64,000 nt of DNA from Schmidtea polychroa. Taxonomy: Eukaryota. The stretch's first letter is position 1. Every line of letters begins with the position of its first letter. The notes under the pieces are model-generated. The model was not told the origin of the DNA, did not search any database, and worked only from the letters and a program-made list of their open reading frames with translations. A program made the translations under genes and the position numbers. Shown here piece after piece: positions 30,851 to 47,951 of this stretch. The DNA lies in contig CM097885.1 of NCBI GenBank assembly GCA_044892525.1, forward strand, positions 22,198,001 through 22,262,000, given 5' to 3'.

Positions 30851-32239
30851 TTTTAAAAATTTGCATACTGAACCCTTTAACGTATATCACGTCATGGCAA
30901 AATAACTTTTAGAAAAACGTTTGGGATGATTATGAGAATAAGTAAACATAAATTAATAAAGTATAAAACATATTATGGATATAGTGTATAAAGTTTTGAC
31001 TATAAACTCGCTCACGACAAAAATAACTTTCCAGCAAGAAGCGCATTTTCCAAATCGGCTTATGCAGTTAAAGAGATTTATCATTTTGAATTTTGTAACG
31101 TTATCATGGCTATATTTTATTACTGTTAATTGTGTTATTATGAACTAATTTGTATTTTATTATTACTCTCTCTATATTAACTTCGCTGATGTTTGTATGT
31201 GCTACACAAAGTTTGTGAGGTCAAATTAACCTACTTTCAGTGATAAGATTGAGCTGAAATTTGGTAAGTAGATTCGTTGTCGAGAACACTGCATGCTATC
31301 AACATTTCAGATTGATCCGATCACGGAAAGTGGGTTAATTTAAAATTTATAAATAAAAATCTAGTATAAATTCTATTCGTTAACTTTTGATTAAAGAAAT
31401 AACGTAATTATATCTAAAATATGTTAAATAAGTTTGAACCAATAATTGATATGATTATCATGATCACATAATTGAGGGTTTCGTTTGGTCACGCAAAAAA
31501 GGTGATTTTACGTAATAATAAATATTTCATAGCATTGAGAACGTATATTGAAATTTTAGTTTTAAGTGAAATATAGAGTTTCAAAAACCATGTTTTTTAT
31601 TGTTGATTTTTTTTGGTTATTATTTTACACTAAAAATTAACCAAAAAAATAAAATTAATCAATTATCTGTAGTAAATCTCAAATAGTTTTTTTATCAAAA
31701 ATTAAAAAATTGATTAATTAATAATGAGCATTGTGTAAAACAGCTCGACTCGAATGAATTATGAATGAGTCTTAAAAATTTTTAATTTACAAGGACATTC
31801 CATTACTGTAATTATTTATTAATTATTTTTTATCAGCTTTAAGTGTTAATTTTCATTTTAAAAATTGCATTTGCACTTATACGTGAATGGACTAATAAGC
31901 AGGTGCATACGGTATATTTTATAAACAATATTTAAATTGTTGTTTATCTCACAAAGTTTTATTGAATTCCAGTATTATATTAAAACAAATTAATTATTTA
32001 AACATTACAATGTTTCAAATTTGACGTAAATGGCATTTAAAAATAATTTTACAGTCGTTGAACTAATGAAAATTTGTATTGTAAATGTTTATAATAAACT
32101 TTTACATAGTCAAAGACTTTCCCAAAATTAAATTTTTATAAAATTTGGCAAATTATAATAATCTAATTTCAAAATTTCTTTAAAATTAGTCTCTTTAAAT
32201 TGCATTTATTGTAACAAGTGGTTAATCCTAGAAATTTTA

Positions 32240-33240
32240 ACATTTGGCAATGTCACCTTTCTGGTTCCCTGTCATATGACATAACCTATTAGTTATGACA
32301 ATCACTTCTGCATCTTATGTAATTTTTTTCAATTTTTTTCCGATGTCTCCAAAACTCTTCTCCGAGTTTTTCTTTTGGACTTTGGGACAACATATACCTG
32401 ACTAAAATAGTAACTTGTGCCGTGTCTTTTATGTCGCAAGACTCATCTACAGACTCATTAAATAAAACATCTATAAATACTAAGATGCTCACTGTAAATA
32501 ATTATCTATAACAAATATCATTTATTTATAATATTATTTATAATATCACATCCTACTATCTATTATAACTATCAAATTGATCAATATAGGAATCCTTGTA
32601 GGAATTCCGTCCATTTGTAAGGTCTTCCTTTTTTATGGTTATAATTATTATATCTAAAAAAATCATAAAACTATAATAAACATCACGCCCCCTGAATATT
32701 CCTACCCATTCCAACTAATCTTTTAGATAATGAATAAATGAAGATCCAACTAAATCTTTAGAGAATAAATATAAATCAATTCCAATTAATCGACAATATA
32801 AACAATATTTAACGTTTGAGCTCTTAGTTCATCGTTCAAAGTTAAGGAAAACAAAAGCCGCAGATTTTGAAGGGTTGAGAACTTATCCCCTTATGCCGTA
32901 ACTGCTCTGAAACATTTTTTAAAATAAAATTTTTTTTTCAGTTGAAAGTCTTCTACTTGCATATGTGTTACATTTGAAGACATTTGAGTAGTTATATCTT
33001 GTACTGTTTTAGCAGATATTGCATATTTTTGATTTTTATTTCATGATTTCTGCCTTTTTTTAGAATCACGCAACAATTCTTCAGATACACGTATAAAACA
33101 ATCTTTGAAGTACTCACCATCTGTGAATTGTTTTCCTCTTTTTGCAATTTCTAATGATGCTGCAAAGGTTGCCGGATTCATATTATTGGAAGATTGTGCC
33201 CAGTTATTTAGCATGGAACTTGACTGTTGACTTGCATATG
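32240..33240 (-). pseudogene. hAT (GTF2IRD2/SPIN-like) transposase fragments
   Basis: DESCDIKDTAQVTILVRY (32289-32492) and FAASLEIAKRGKQFTDGEYFKDCF (~33090-33170). Confidence 0.75.
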
Positions 33241-34118
33241 ACTAAACATTTTACTTAACTATCTAAAACAGCAAACAAATTAGTAACTATATTCTTTTTA
33301 ATCATATTGTTCTTGTAACAACACGTGAATAGACACGCAGGAACCGCAAGCAATTAAATTAACGCACATGCAACGTAACGTCATCCGCACTATCCAAGGA
33401 TGACTAAACTTAAAGCTTTGGACTCACTGTAAGTAATAGCCCAATGCAAGGATCGCTAAACTGTCTCTCAGTTGAACCTCCTCGATATACTTGTACCAAT
33501 TGGCTGGTTACTTCAACTAAAATATACGTAATAAAATAATGATAAATGTTAAATATTTAAATAATCGATATATCATATACAAAATAAAGTTGAAAAATAT
33601 TATTCTATTAATTAAAGAACTTGACCCTACACTTTTGGTCCATTATAAACTTTTAATTGTAGTTTTATGATTTACAGCTTTTATACCCTCGAATATGGTG
33701 CCCAAAAATCCCAAAACAACAGAGCGGTCATTTCCAGCACTGTATTACACCAGAGTGCTTCTGTATTGATATTTTCAGCACCGAAATCGTTTATTTTTTT
33801 TATTTAAGTTATTATAACAAACATCTCAATTTACACTCATATACATAAAGATTATTTGTTATACACTTCATATACCATCTTGATTTTGATGGGATATTGA
33901 AGCAACAACCAAGGTTGTATCTTTTTGTAATTATATTTCTATAAATATATTGTTGAAGTCAGTTAAACTTTCATTTGAATCATTTACGTAATGATATAAT
34001 TTATATGGCCATTTACCGTATATACTCGTGTTTAAGTCAAAGTATAAAATAATATTTTGAAAAATTTATAGGAAAAATAATTAAAATGTTAGTTTTATAA
34101 AGTGTAAATATTATTTAA

Positions 34119-36317
34119 CACGTTTACGACCAAGGAATTAGGTGTATGTTACGTATCACATAAAGAAAAACCACACACAAAAATAACAACTTGGTACTTA
34201 CCCTAAACCAGGCGTGGCCAAGCCGAGGCCCGCGTGCCGCATGCGGCCCGTGGCATGATTATTATTCGTTTTAAATTTTTTTTACAGAATCTAAAAAAAT
34301 AAATCTATTACAAAATCTACTAAAATTATTAAATACAGACTTTTTTGACTACAAAATTCAATATTAAAAAGTTTTTATTATGTTTCTAGTCCGTCTCATT
34401 ATAATTTTTGTTTTGTGAAAAGTTTATATTTATAATCTTCATTAGTTTTTATTTGATTGCATATTTTTAGGCGTAATAAAATTATTGTAAACATTTTTGT
34501 TTTATGTAATGAAATGTTAAAGAAAAATTAAATAAATAAGTAACAGTAAATGCAGTTATTTTGAATAATTATACATAACTTTAATTATATTTGGCCTTTA
34601 GAATGAATTCCAAAAAAAGAAGAGTTTCAGAAGAAAACAGAAAATACAGCGATCATTGGGAAGAAAATTACTTCTTTATAATGCAGAACTCAAAATCAAC
34701 ATGTTTGATTTGCCGAGATACAATAGCTGTTTTTAAGGAATACAATGTTAAAAGACATCATGAAACGAAACATGACGTGTATATGAAATCTAATAAAGAA
34801 TTGAGAAAAATTAAGTTAGCTGAGCTAAAATCCGAATTAAAATCTCAACAGAAAATGTTTAGTTCTTCAACTACCTTCTAAAATTATTAAAGCAAGCTAC
34901 TCTGTTGCAATGTTAATCGCTAAGAAAATGAAACCATTTTTGGACGTAGAATTTGTAAAAGAATGTTTGGCATCTGTTATAGAAGATGTTATTCCAGATA
35001 AACATAAAATGATTTCAAGCATAAGTTTGTCGCGTCAAACTATTTGTCGTCGCATTGATGATATTTCAGATGAAATAGTGGTGACTTTACGAGAGCGGAT
35101 TCAACAATTCAAAGCATATTCTCTAGCTTTCGACGAAAGTACAGATATTTAAGTACAGAATTAAGTTCAGAATACGGCTATATTGTCTATTTTACCAAAG
35201 TTAGATGGTTGAGTCGCGGAACATGTTTAAAAAGATTTTTTGAATTACGGGTGGAAATAGAAAATTTTATCGCTGAAGAGAGAAATCCAGTTTCAAATTT
35301 AAATGACGAAATGTGGTTGTTGGACCTGTGTTTCTTATTAGATATAACCTAAAAAATTAACCAGCTAAACAAGGAGTTACAGGGGCAAGATAATTTAATT
35401 ATTGATGCTTGTAATCATATCAAAGCATTTCAAACCAAGCTGATTTTATTTGAGTCCCAACTCTCCATTTTCCGTTATTAAAAGAATTTAATGGCAGTCA
35501 AACTATTAATTTTACAAAGTTCGCTGATGAAATTAGAAAACTTTCAGCTGAATTTACTCGTCGTTTCTCAGAACTTAGAAAATATGACAAACGTTTGAGA
35601 TATTTTCTTCGCCATTTCAAGTTAACGTTTTCACTGTTCCAGAAACTTTACAGATGGAAATAATTAATTTGCAGTGTAACAATGAGTTGAAGCAGGTTCA
35701 TAAAACGACATCAAAAATTGAGTTCTACAACACGTGTATAACAGCAGAAAGCTATCCTAACTTAAGATTATTTGCTCAAAAAAATGCAAGCGCTTTCGTA
35801 TCTACAAATGTTTGTGAAGCCTTTTTTTCAAAAATGAAATTTAATAAAAGTAAATTTCGCACTTCATTAACAGACCAAAACCTTGAAAGCCAGATACGAT
35901 GTGCAACTACCAAAATTTATGTAGATTTAAAAACATTGAGCGATTGCAAAGAAAGACAAATATCCCATCAATAAATATTATACTTAAGTGTACTGAAATA
36001 ATAAAAATAAATGGTTCAATAAAAATGTTCTTGAAACAATAAAAAAAATCTACTGTAAATATAAAAATAAATGTTTTTCTTGGAATGGTTCAAATAAATC
36101 TATGTACTGAAATAATTCAAACAAATGTTTCAATAAAAATTGGTTTTTCATATAATATATAGCCCGCTCAAATTTTTGGATAAAAAAATTGGCCCGCAAA
36201 GCAATTTGGGTTAGCCAGGCCTGCCCTAAACCGAAAAAAAATTCAATAGAATCTGTAAACTAATAAAGAAACTATAATATATTACTTACATATATGCGTC
36301 CTATGGTCGTCAACGTG
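34119..36317. mobile_element. piggyBac-type MITE, middle layer of the nest
   Basis: TIRs CACGTTTACGACCA / TGGTCGTCAACGTG flanked by TTAA on both sides (34115-34118, 36318-36321). Confidence 0.8.
34209..36223 (+). mobile_element. hAT transposon (GTF2IRD2/SPIN family), internally deleted, inner layer of the nest
   Basis: TIRs CAGGCGTGGCCAA / TTAGCCAGGCCTG; perfect 8-bp TSD CCCTAAAC. Transposase remnants: BED-like CLICR..KEYNVKRHH, FDESTD, VRWLSRG and the C-terminal STNVCEAFFS. Confidence 0.92.
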
Positions 36318-39300
36318 TTAATACTCCGATTTCTAGTCAGATATTGACCCTAAAGTCCAATTTTAGAAATCTTCCGGAACTTTCTCAACATTATCTACTT
36401 GCTCATGCGAATTATCCAATTACAAAGCATCATCTTCCGATTCATCCACGTCTAAGAAAGAATGTTTTATCATATTGAAATTGATTTTCAAGCCTCATTA
36501 TACGTTCGTTTTTCTGTAAGATTGACCCTAAACATGTTTCATACGAGCAAGGATTTCATACTGAGCATTGAGTCTGGTCTTTCTTTTCTTTTAGAGTAGA
36601 ATTATTTCTTAATTTTAAATAAAAAATATCAGTAGCTTACTTCAATTATTGTTGATTATTAATCTTTTGAAATATTTTTAATCAATCAAAGATAAAATTG
36701 ACTGAATTTTCAATTTCTTATAAAAATAAATTGTTCGTTTTTAGGACTCGAGTATTAGTCAAATTAGAAAAATAAGATAAAGATTTTGTCCAAAATTTCT
36801 CAACTTATAATCAAGTATATACGGTATTTTATTATTATTGAATTGTACTAATATTTCTCCAGATGTTATTCGCTGTTTTTTTTGTGATGCTTCTCAACGC
36901 CACTTGTAAATAATTTATTGGGTATTCCTAAATTAAAATATTTTATTCCAAGCTTATTAATTATAAGTAGTGTAAAAGTTTTATGAATTTTTTTCTATTT
37001 TATTAACTCATTGGACCTGCATGTTGACAAATTCTGATGTTAACTACGACTTATCTCCTAGTTGGCACTCAACTTGTTAATACATAATTTATGATTAATA
37101 AAATCTTTGAAATAAAATAATTTATTTGTGAATAATTTTTAATAAGAAAACAGGATGTTCTAAAAAGTAAATTAGTAATTAACTGAAAATTAACTGATAA
37201 AATAGTCGAATGATTAAGTAGTGCAACTTCTTGAATCATTTATTTGTTTATTTTTAAAATTCGCACAAAATACACACTCTAAAATCTGCGTGATTAACCG
37301 AATAAACAAAATTCATTTTACCATTAAATTGCAACGTACCGACATGTATGAATAAAACTGATTGGAATTCATTAACACCAAATCAAAAATATTATTTATC
37401 TCATATCAGTAAAATCTATAATATGCTTCTATTTTCATGGAATATTTTCAATTTCTTTTACTACATAATAATATATAAATAAATTAAAATTAGAGACGAT
37501 AAATTAATACAGCGATGTAGCTATGACGGCACTCTTTTCACGATAGAAGGAAATGTCGCTGATTCTGTGACCCGGTTGGTCAAAAAATGCCTTCCTTAAA
37601 GATAAAAATATTTTTAGCCGACCTGATAATGTTGTATGTTTTTTAGAATCGGTAAAAGTTGAAGTTATATTTGTCGGGGTTGTTAAGTTTAAAATTATTA
37701 TAATTTCCATTTAATTAAAAAGGGAATATTGGAAAATTCAAAATCAAGAGATAACAAGTCATCGAATTAAAATTTGAAAAAATGAGATTATGGGGGAAAT
37801 CATGGGGATAATGGATTTATCAGAATATGTTCAGGACGGGTCCAAAGGTGAGAAAGCATACAAAAACAGGAAATCGTAAATTAATTAATTAAAGGAAACC
37901 CGAGCTAAGTAAACATAAAAAGAAGTAAACAAGTCGATGTTGGAAAACCATTATCATGACAGCATGAGTAATGGGAAAACGGCAAAAGATTAGCACAACT
38001 AGGTAGGAAAATTAATTTTTTTTTTCAACGATGAAAAAATGAAAAAACCCGCAAGGTAAAGGTAGTCAAATAGAGATAACTTAATGAAAAGCCATTAATC
38101 AATGCGATTATTTTCACTATATAAAGGAACTAAAACTTAAGAACAATCATCATTTTGCATCAGGTAGGAACGAATAAAACGACAATAAATAAAGGAAAAG
38201 TTGTTAAAGTTAGCAGATAGTATTAAAGGAAGAGAAAAAAAGGATCAAGTTAAGTCAAAGAATTAAATAGAAGAGGTGATCATTGTGTAGAGCGTGCAGA
38301 ACCAAAGCTGTCACAGGAAACTTATCGAATAGTCAGAATAGACATTTTTTTGCGATATTCGAAGTTTTGTAAATTGTAGATTGTACGAATTCGAATACAA
38401 ATATACGTTAGAGGTTCTGAATAAAATATATTAAAATTAATTTATAAATATTAAAATTAATAACCATTTGAATTTCATAAATATTATTTTAAGAAATGTT
38501 TCGCGTAAGGCGAAATATCATAAAACTAGAAAATCAAACCACCTCTGCTTTCCATGAATGTTATGGAATTTATAAATATGATATAAATGTGAGATTTAAA
38601 CATCTTCATGTTTTTGCTGAAAATATGAATTTCTTGCTCCATCAAATCTTTTAATCGAAGATTACAGTATATTCCATTTTCACATCGAAACTCTTTTTAT
38701 GTATTTAATGAATCATCTTTTCGGGCCTCCATATCTGTCATCATTTCAATTTGGAACATATTATTTTTTACTTAATATGCGGTCTTTTGCGTTGAGTTTC
38801 CAGAGATTTTTTAATTTTTTTTGCCTTTTGTGAAAGTAATTAAATTGAAGAAGTATTTAATTTCCAGATTTAAATAGATTTAAGTAATATAATTAAAGTA
38901 AATAATAAAATTATAAATTAAAATAATAAATTAAATATATCTAAGAATGATTGAAGATTAAAATATAAAATATTTATTGAATGCTTGTGTACGAATATTC
39001 CCTATTCAAATATTAACTCATGCTTGCGAAAATATCCTCTAAGCTAAAAACAGTGATTGTTTTAATAATAGAGATTTTTGTGTTGTTTTTAAAAATATAG
39101 TTTTGTTTTGTTTTTAAAATCTGGATGTGATTAATTTAAGAAACCAAACTTCTAATACCTTTAATGTTATCCAATCCAGAAAAAGTCCTTTTACAAGCAC
39201 TATTTCAGCCTGTGTTTTTTTGATTGTTTTTTGAACAGTCGAAATGAGCATAAGTTTTATTTCCATTAGTATTTATATTCAATTTATTATGCAACAGTTT

Positions 39301-40046
39301 TTGTGAACAGTAGTCTAGAACAGTGTTTCTCAAAGTGGGGTACGCGTACAAATGTTAAGGGTACTTCAATAAAATAATATTAGCAAAAATATTTTTGCTA
39401 AGAAAATTGTAAATTCATGCAAAAATGGAAAAATTAAAAATGAAATTACGAAGAATGTGATTTAATATGTAACGGGTAGATTAAGAATATATTTTTTTAA
39501 ATATAAAAAATATTTTGTAATGATACGTTGTCATTGAACGTTTCTGCACGTTGAGTTTACGTTAACAACTTTTTTGATGTGAAATAATATCAATAGTGCT
39601 TTCAAAATCTTTTTGCAGAAAATATTACATTTGGTGTGATTATTTGCTAACTTAATTACAATTTTGGGGAAATCACCAGACCTTTTATTTTGTTAGCATA
39701 AATATTAAGTTATGAAAACTCGGCAATAATATAGTTTTAATAAACAACTCGCAAATAACATAATTTTAATAATTCCTGAAGTAAAAATCCAAAAATATCG
39801 ATTAGATTCAGAATTCAATTGAGAAGTTAATGTGTTTTTTTGCAAAATAAAATAAATCAGTTAAATTACCATCATGAAAAATTTGGAAATTTCAAGGATG
39901 TGAAGCATTATTGAAGTAAATGTAAAATTTTACAGTGAATTTAATTATAGAATTAGCAATATTTTATGAAATAAATAAAAGTATTTTGCGTTGATATAAC
40001 ATAACATTAGTGTAAATTTAAATTTTTTCTGTAACCCATAAACAGA

Positions 40047-43632
<3,586 letters not shown>

Positions 43633-44791
43633 TTTTTTTTATATATAAAAAAAACTAATAAAAAAAGTTATTGTTAGTTGTAAAAATTGTTGTTTTAGTT
43701 ATATTTGCATAATAAAATTTTACTAGGGTACTTCAAAATTTAATAAATTACGAAAGTGTACTTTAAGTAAAAAGTTTGAGAAACACTGGTCTGTCCTGAC
43801 CGTAGGATATACATTCTTCATTCGAGCATGATAAAAGAAATATGCATTTGAAGATCTATTAATATTTTTTACAGTAAGTAAACTTTTGCTCAAATGACAA
43901 ATTTCTTCTATAGTTATTTCTTAGAATTTGCATGCTTTTTATATCGCTGTTTAATCCTCAAAAATGATGCACTGGGCCCAGTTTTTACTTGATGTGAATT
44001 AATGGACATTCATCCCACTAGTTTACGTAACTCAGATAAATAGATATCCTTAGATTCCGTTACTACTAATTTCTTTCTGTAAAGGGTGGCCTTAATAAAG
44101 CTGGTTAATAGAGCTTTAGTCGATGTAGCTATGAGATTTGATAAGTGTTTCTAATGCGTTTGTCCAGTCATTCATAAACTGCAAAGGATCTACCTTGCAA
44201 CGCGTACTACTACTAAGTCAATTTTTTTCAGTCACTCGGAGAAATCAGGTTCTCAAAAAAGTAATTTTATGTCACCTGGAGTCTTCAATGAGATGGAGAG
44301 TGTGGAGTGAGTAGAATATTCTGGTTTCACAAACTGTGATTATTGTTTATGATGATGGATCAAGTGTCAAAGTAGCTATGAATTTGTTGAATGATTGGCT
44401 GGCGCACATTTTGCAGTTAGCAATTGAATGTAATAAATAAACGACATATCTCTTGTATTTTTATTTATAATTACTATAAAAGATTGTTTAAATGTTAAGA
44501 AAAAATTAGGGCAGCAATGTACCCTGTCTAAGTTTTAATGAGTTCTTAAGTAAATTTTAATTACCTTTTCAAACCAAAGTAACCAAATTTAATTTAGTTT
44601 ACCTTATTTTAATGTAACTTAAATTATTATAATTTTATTCTACTTATTTAATTTACCTCTGACCCAATCTTATCCCAAACCCTGACCTGACCTAATTTAA
44701 AAAAAACTAACTTGAATTTATTAAAAAAATAATTTGACCAATTTTTCATAGCATTGCTTTATCGAAGTTTTTCTAATGATTAATTTTTAAG

Positions 44792-45035
44792 ATTATTCGA
44801 AAACAGTTCAATCTCCTTTAAGAATTAAAAGAGTCGTAAATGGATCTTTCAATTACTTTAAAAATTGGACCTGGTTGGTTTCGATCAAGAATTATCCTTT
44901 AAGAAAATATTTAGAAAGAGAAAAACCAAATTATATGAATTGGAGTACAGTTGGAAACGATAGTCACATTTGTGGGGCTAGTCTTATAGATAGAAGTTGG
45001 ATTGTTTCAGCAGCGCACTGTTTAGATTACGAAGG
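44792..45035 (+). CDS. Trypsin-like (S1A) serine protease, exon with activation site and catalytic His
   Basis: Manual translation: ..RIKR|VVNG..WTWLVSI..HICGASLIDRSWIVSAAHC. AG acceptor 44790-44791, GTAAG donor 45036. Confidence 0.9.
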
Positions 45036-46569
45036 GTAAGAGTGTAAAATTTATTATGTCATAATAGAAATTTGAAAAAATATATAAAAAAATATAACCA
45101 TTTGAAGAAATTTAATAAATTAATTTTCATTATTACTTTAGATTAAAAATTAATTTTCCTATAACACAAATTTTTGGAACTGCATTTACAAGTGTTATTA
45201 AGTGTTAATAAAACTTGATAAAGCTACTTGCGAAAATTTGTGTTATATAGTGTAGTGCCTGCCGAAACTCACCGATATTTAGATTTATTTTTATTATTAT
45301 ATTAAATTTAAAATTAAATTAAGTGCAGTCTGTTTTAATTATCAATTTTTGACAAATTTTTGAATCAGAACAAAATGAACTACACTACTACGTTAATCAA
45401 ACAAGCATCAACAGAAAAAGTTCCAATTATTTCAGATCCAACATTTCTAGACAAATTCGATAACTACAATAAAAAGGTGAATTCAATTATCAACGTCGAA
45501 AGGAACCACAATCAATGCGTGATTACAATTGCAAACAATGAAGCAAAGTTGATGATAAAATATATTGGATTTAATAAAATTTTGTACAACCTTGAAATTA
45601 TGATTATATCAATTCTCAATTCATTAGCTTTCTGTGAGGGTAGCTTCCCCACGACATGTAACAATATTAATTTTAATCTATAGTCATAATGAAAATAAAT
45701 GAAAATTCTAAAACAGATCAAATGTGAACATATAATTAATAAATTTAGTAATTATGGCTTAATTTAAAGTTATAATTAACTAAAATAACTGATTACTTTA
45801 TTAGATGTATACAATTTATTATACCTGTCTATCTGTGGTTCCTAACTTATTTGCCGCTAGAACTTTTAAGTGTGCCACGGAAAAAAATTTAAAAAAAACT
45901 AATATATTTTAATTTTCACATTATAACTAAAAATAAAATTAAATAATTTCTTAATTATAATTATGTAGTGATTAATATTTCGAACAAATCAAAGACTATT
46001 TTAATTTTCAACTACAAAGGAAATTTATTTAATTAACTAATATTATTATTATTATTTAAAACAATAAAGTGATAATTTAAGTCTTTTCCTGCGAATAATG
46101 TATTTAATGAAAATATTTTTTCACTATAAAATAGTCATTGTCAATCTCCTTTAATTTAGCATTCTTCTTCCCACACATACATCTCGATCTTTCTTTTATT
46201 TCCTTGTTCTTACTTCTCATTGGTTAAAAATATAATATAATGATATACTTTCTTTTTCTGAATTTTTAAAAAATTTTATTTAAAATTAAAATTAAATATC
46301 CTTTAATATTCAAAATGAAACACCAACCAAAATTTTTAAAGTTTTAAAGCTTCTATATTACCCCTTAGAAGCCTATTTTAATAAAATATTTTAAAATATT
46401 TATAAAATAAAGCTTCCAATAACTATTTATATACGCGATTTAAATATTTTAATAAATGTGTCAATTTTGTTTTTTATTCCTGTCTTTTGAAAGCATATTT
46501 CCTAAAATTATTATTTTTTTAAATTTTTTTATATTATCAGTTATTCTTAAGATCAATGACAGCAGATCA

Positions 46570-46880
46570 AATTGATAATTTCATTGATTTCTTCTTTTGT
46601 GTTGATTGTTGGCCGTATGTTTATAATGAGAATTGCTTCTTTGAATCTGACATTTTTCTTTTGATGTTTCCATTTGCTACGATTTCGATCGAAATAATTT
46701 TACTTTCCTTTCTTGGTTGACATTATTGGAGATGTCTGTTTAACGAAGATTTTCCTCCAGGATCTAAATGTTCTTTAACTCTTTGGTGCAAGGTCCCGAG
46801 TGTACTTCCAATGTAAATTTCCTTACATACATTGCACGCGATGTAATAGACAATGTTTTTTCTAAAGCACATATGGTGAA
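46570..46880 (-). mobile_element. Penelope-like element remnant (GIY-YIG endonuclease)
   Basis: KNIVYYIACNVCKEIYIGST..LHQRVKEH, followed by an out-of-frame KEAILI..RPTINTKEE, typical of the PLE endonuclease C-terminus. Confidence 0.75.
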
Positions 46881-47806
46881 CCAAAAAATCAAAATTGAGT
46901 TGCGATAACTTGTTTCGGGTGGCCAAAGACACGTGTGGCATTGTACTGTCTTGCTGGAGAATAATACCCTTTCTGTTGACTAATGCAGGTCACTTCTGTT
47001 CGATGACTAACTTCAGTTCATTTATTGGGAGTAGTATTTATCTGAATTTATGGTGTCGTTTTCAGATAAGACCTCATACAAAATGATTCCCTTCCAGATC
47101 CACCAAATGCATAACATTGCTTTCTTCGGGTGCAAGCTGGCTTTGAGACTTATTAAGGTAGGTTCTCCTGCCATATACCAAAATCTCTCGCGCTTAGAAT
47201 TAGTATACGAAATTAATCTCCTATATTGATCTTATTCAATAGAGTTTTGCAAGCATCTAGGTGCTCTTTCAAATTGTTTTTTGCTAAATCATGAGGACCT
47301 TGTTGACGAAATTGACATGCGCAATTGTCTGGAAACTGTAGCAATGCTGCAGTGTAGCTTGATTCAGTCCAAGAATGTCACTCATCTCTTGAGTTGTCTT
47401 ATGTCGGTCAGTTTCGATTAGCACCATTATTTCGTTGTCCGGAATGTCAAAATGTCTCCAAGAACGTGGTGCATCGGTAATATCAAAATCTTTTTGATTA
47501 AAATATCGAAACCACTCTCTATACCTAGAATCATCAACGGCGTCATAGCCATAGACAGCGCAGATTTCTTTTTTGTCTGAGCAGCACTTTACTCTTTGTG
47601 AAAGAAAAAACAACATGAGGCGACATAAATGCCTCCTTTGCTCCGACATTTAATTTGTTTGTAATTAAAACTGATTAAAACTGATTTAGTTGAACAACAG
47701 AAAAAGTTATCACATGTTATTATATATTTAATGAAAATTTATTTCATAACTTAGTGCATATAGCAGATTCATACTAAAAACAGGACGAATTTATACACCA
47801 ACCTAA
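46880..47806 (-). mobile_element. mariner remnant
   Basis: TIR TTAGGTTGGTGTATAAATT (minus strand, ending 47806, then TA); HTH peptide AVYG..EWFRYF..DFDITDAPRS; catalytic-domain piece LLQQDSTMPHVS. Confidence 0.8.
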
Positions 47807-47951
47807 TATTTCAATACGAATATTTTCGTAGCTGATAAGAATAAAAATTTGTACTTCTTTGTACTTTGTTCCGGATTGGATCGATTAAATATGGGGATCA
47901 TAATTAAATTATTTATTAATAAGATTTTTAATATTTACCCTTGTACTATAT

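Larger units (their letters stand above)
34016..36824. mobile_element. Tc1/mariner-superfamily (Tc2/pogo-like) non-autonomous element, outer layer of a nest
   Basis: TIRs CCGTATATACTCG / CAAGTATATACGG flanked by TA on both sides (34014-34015, 36825-36826); internal TIR-like copy near 36747. Confidence 0.75.

Noticed and set aside
31165..31340. Helitron-like 5' segment
   Set aside because: Only vague resemblance; no 3' hairpin or CTRR end identified.
37510..38420. Possible solo LTR (TG start, TATA, AATAAA)
   Set aside because: No defined 3' end, TSD or partner LTR could be established.
46723..46941. Apparent mariner-GIY-YIG fusion ORF
   Set aside because: Chance in-frame junction of two adjacent decayed elements; both halves are truncated.
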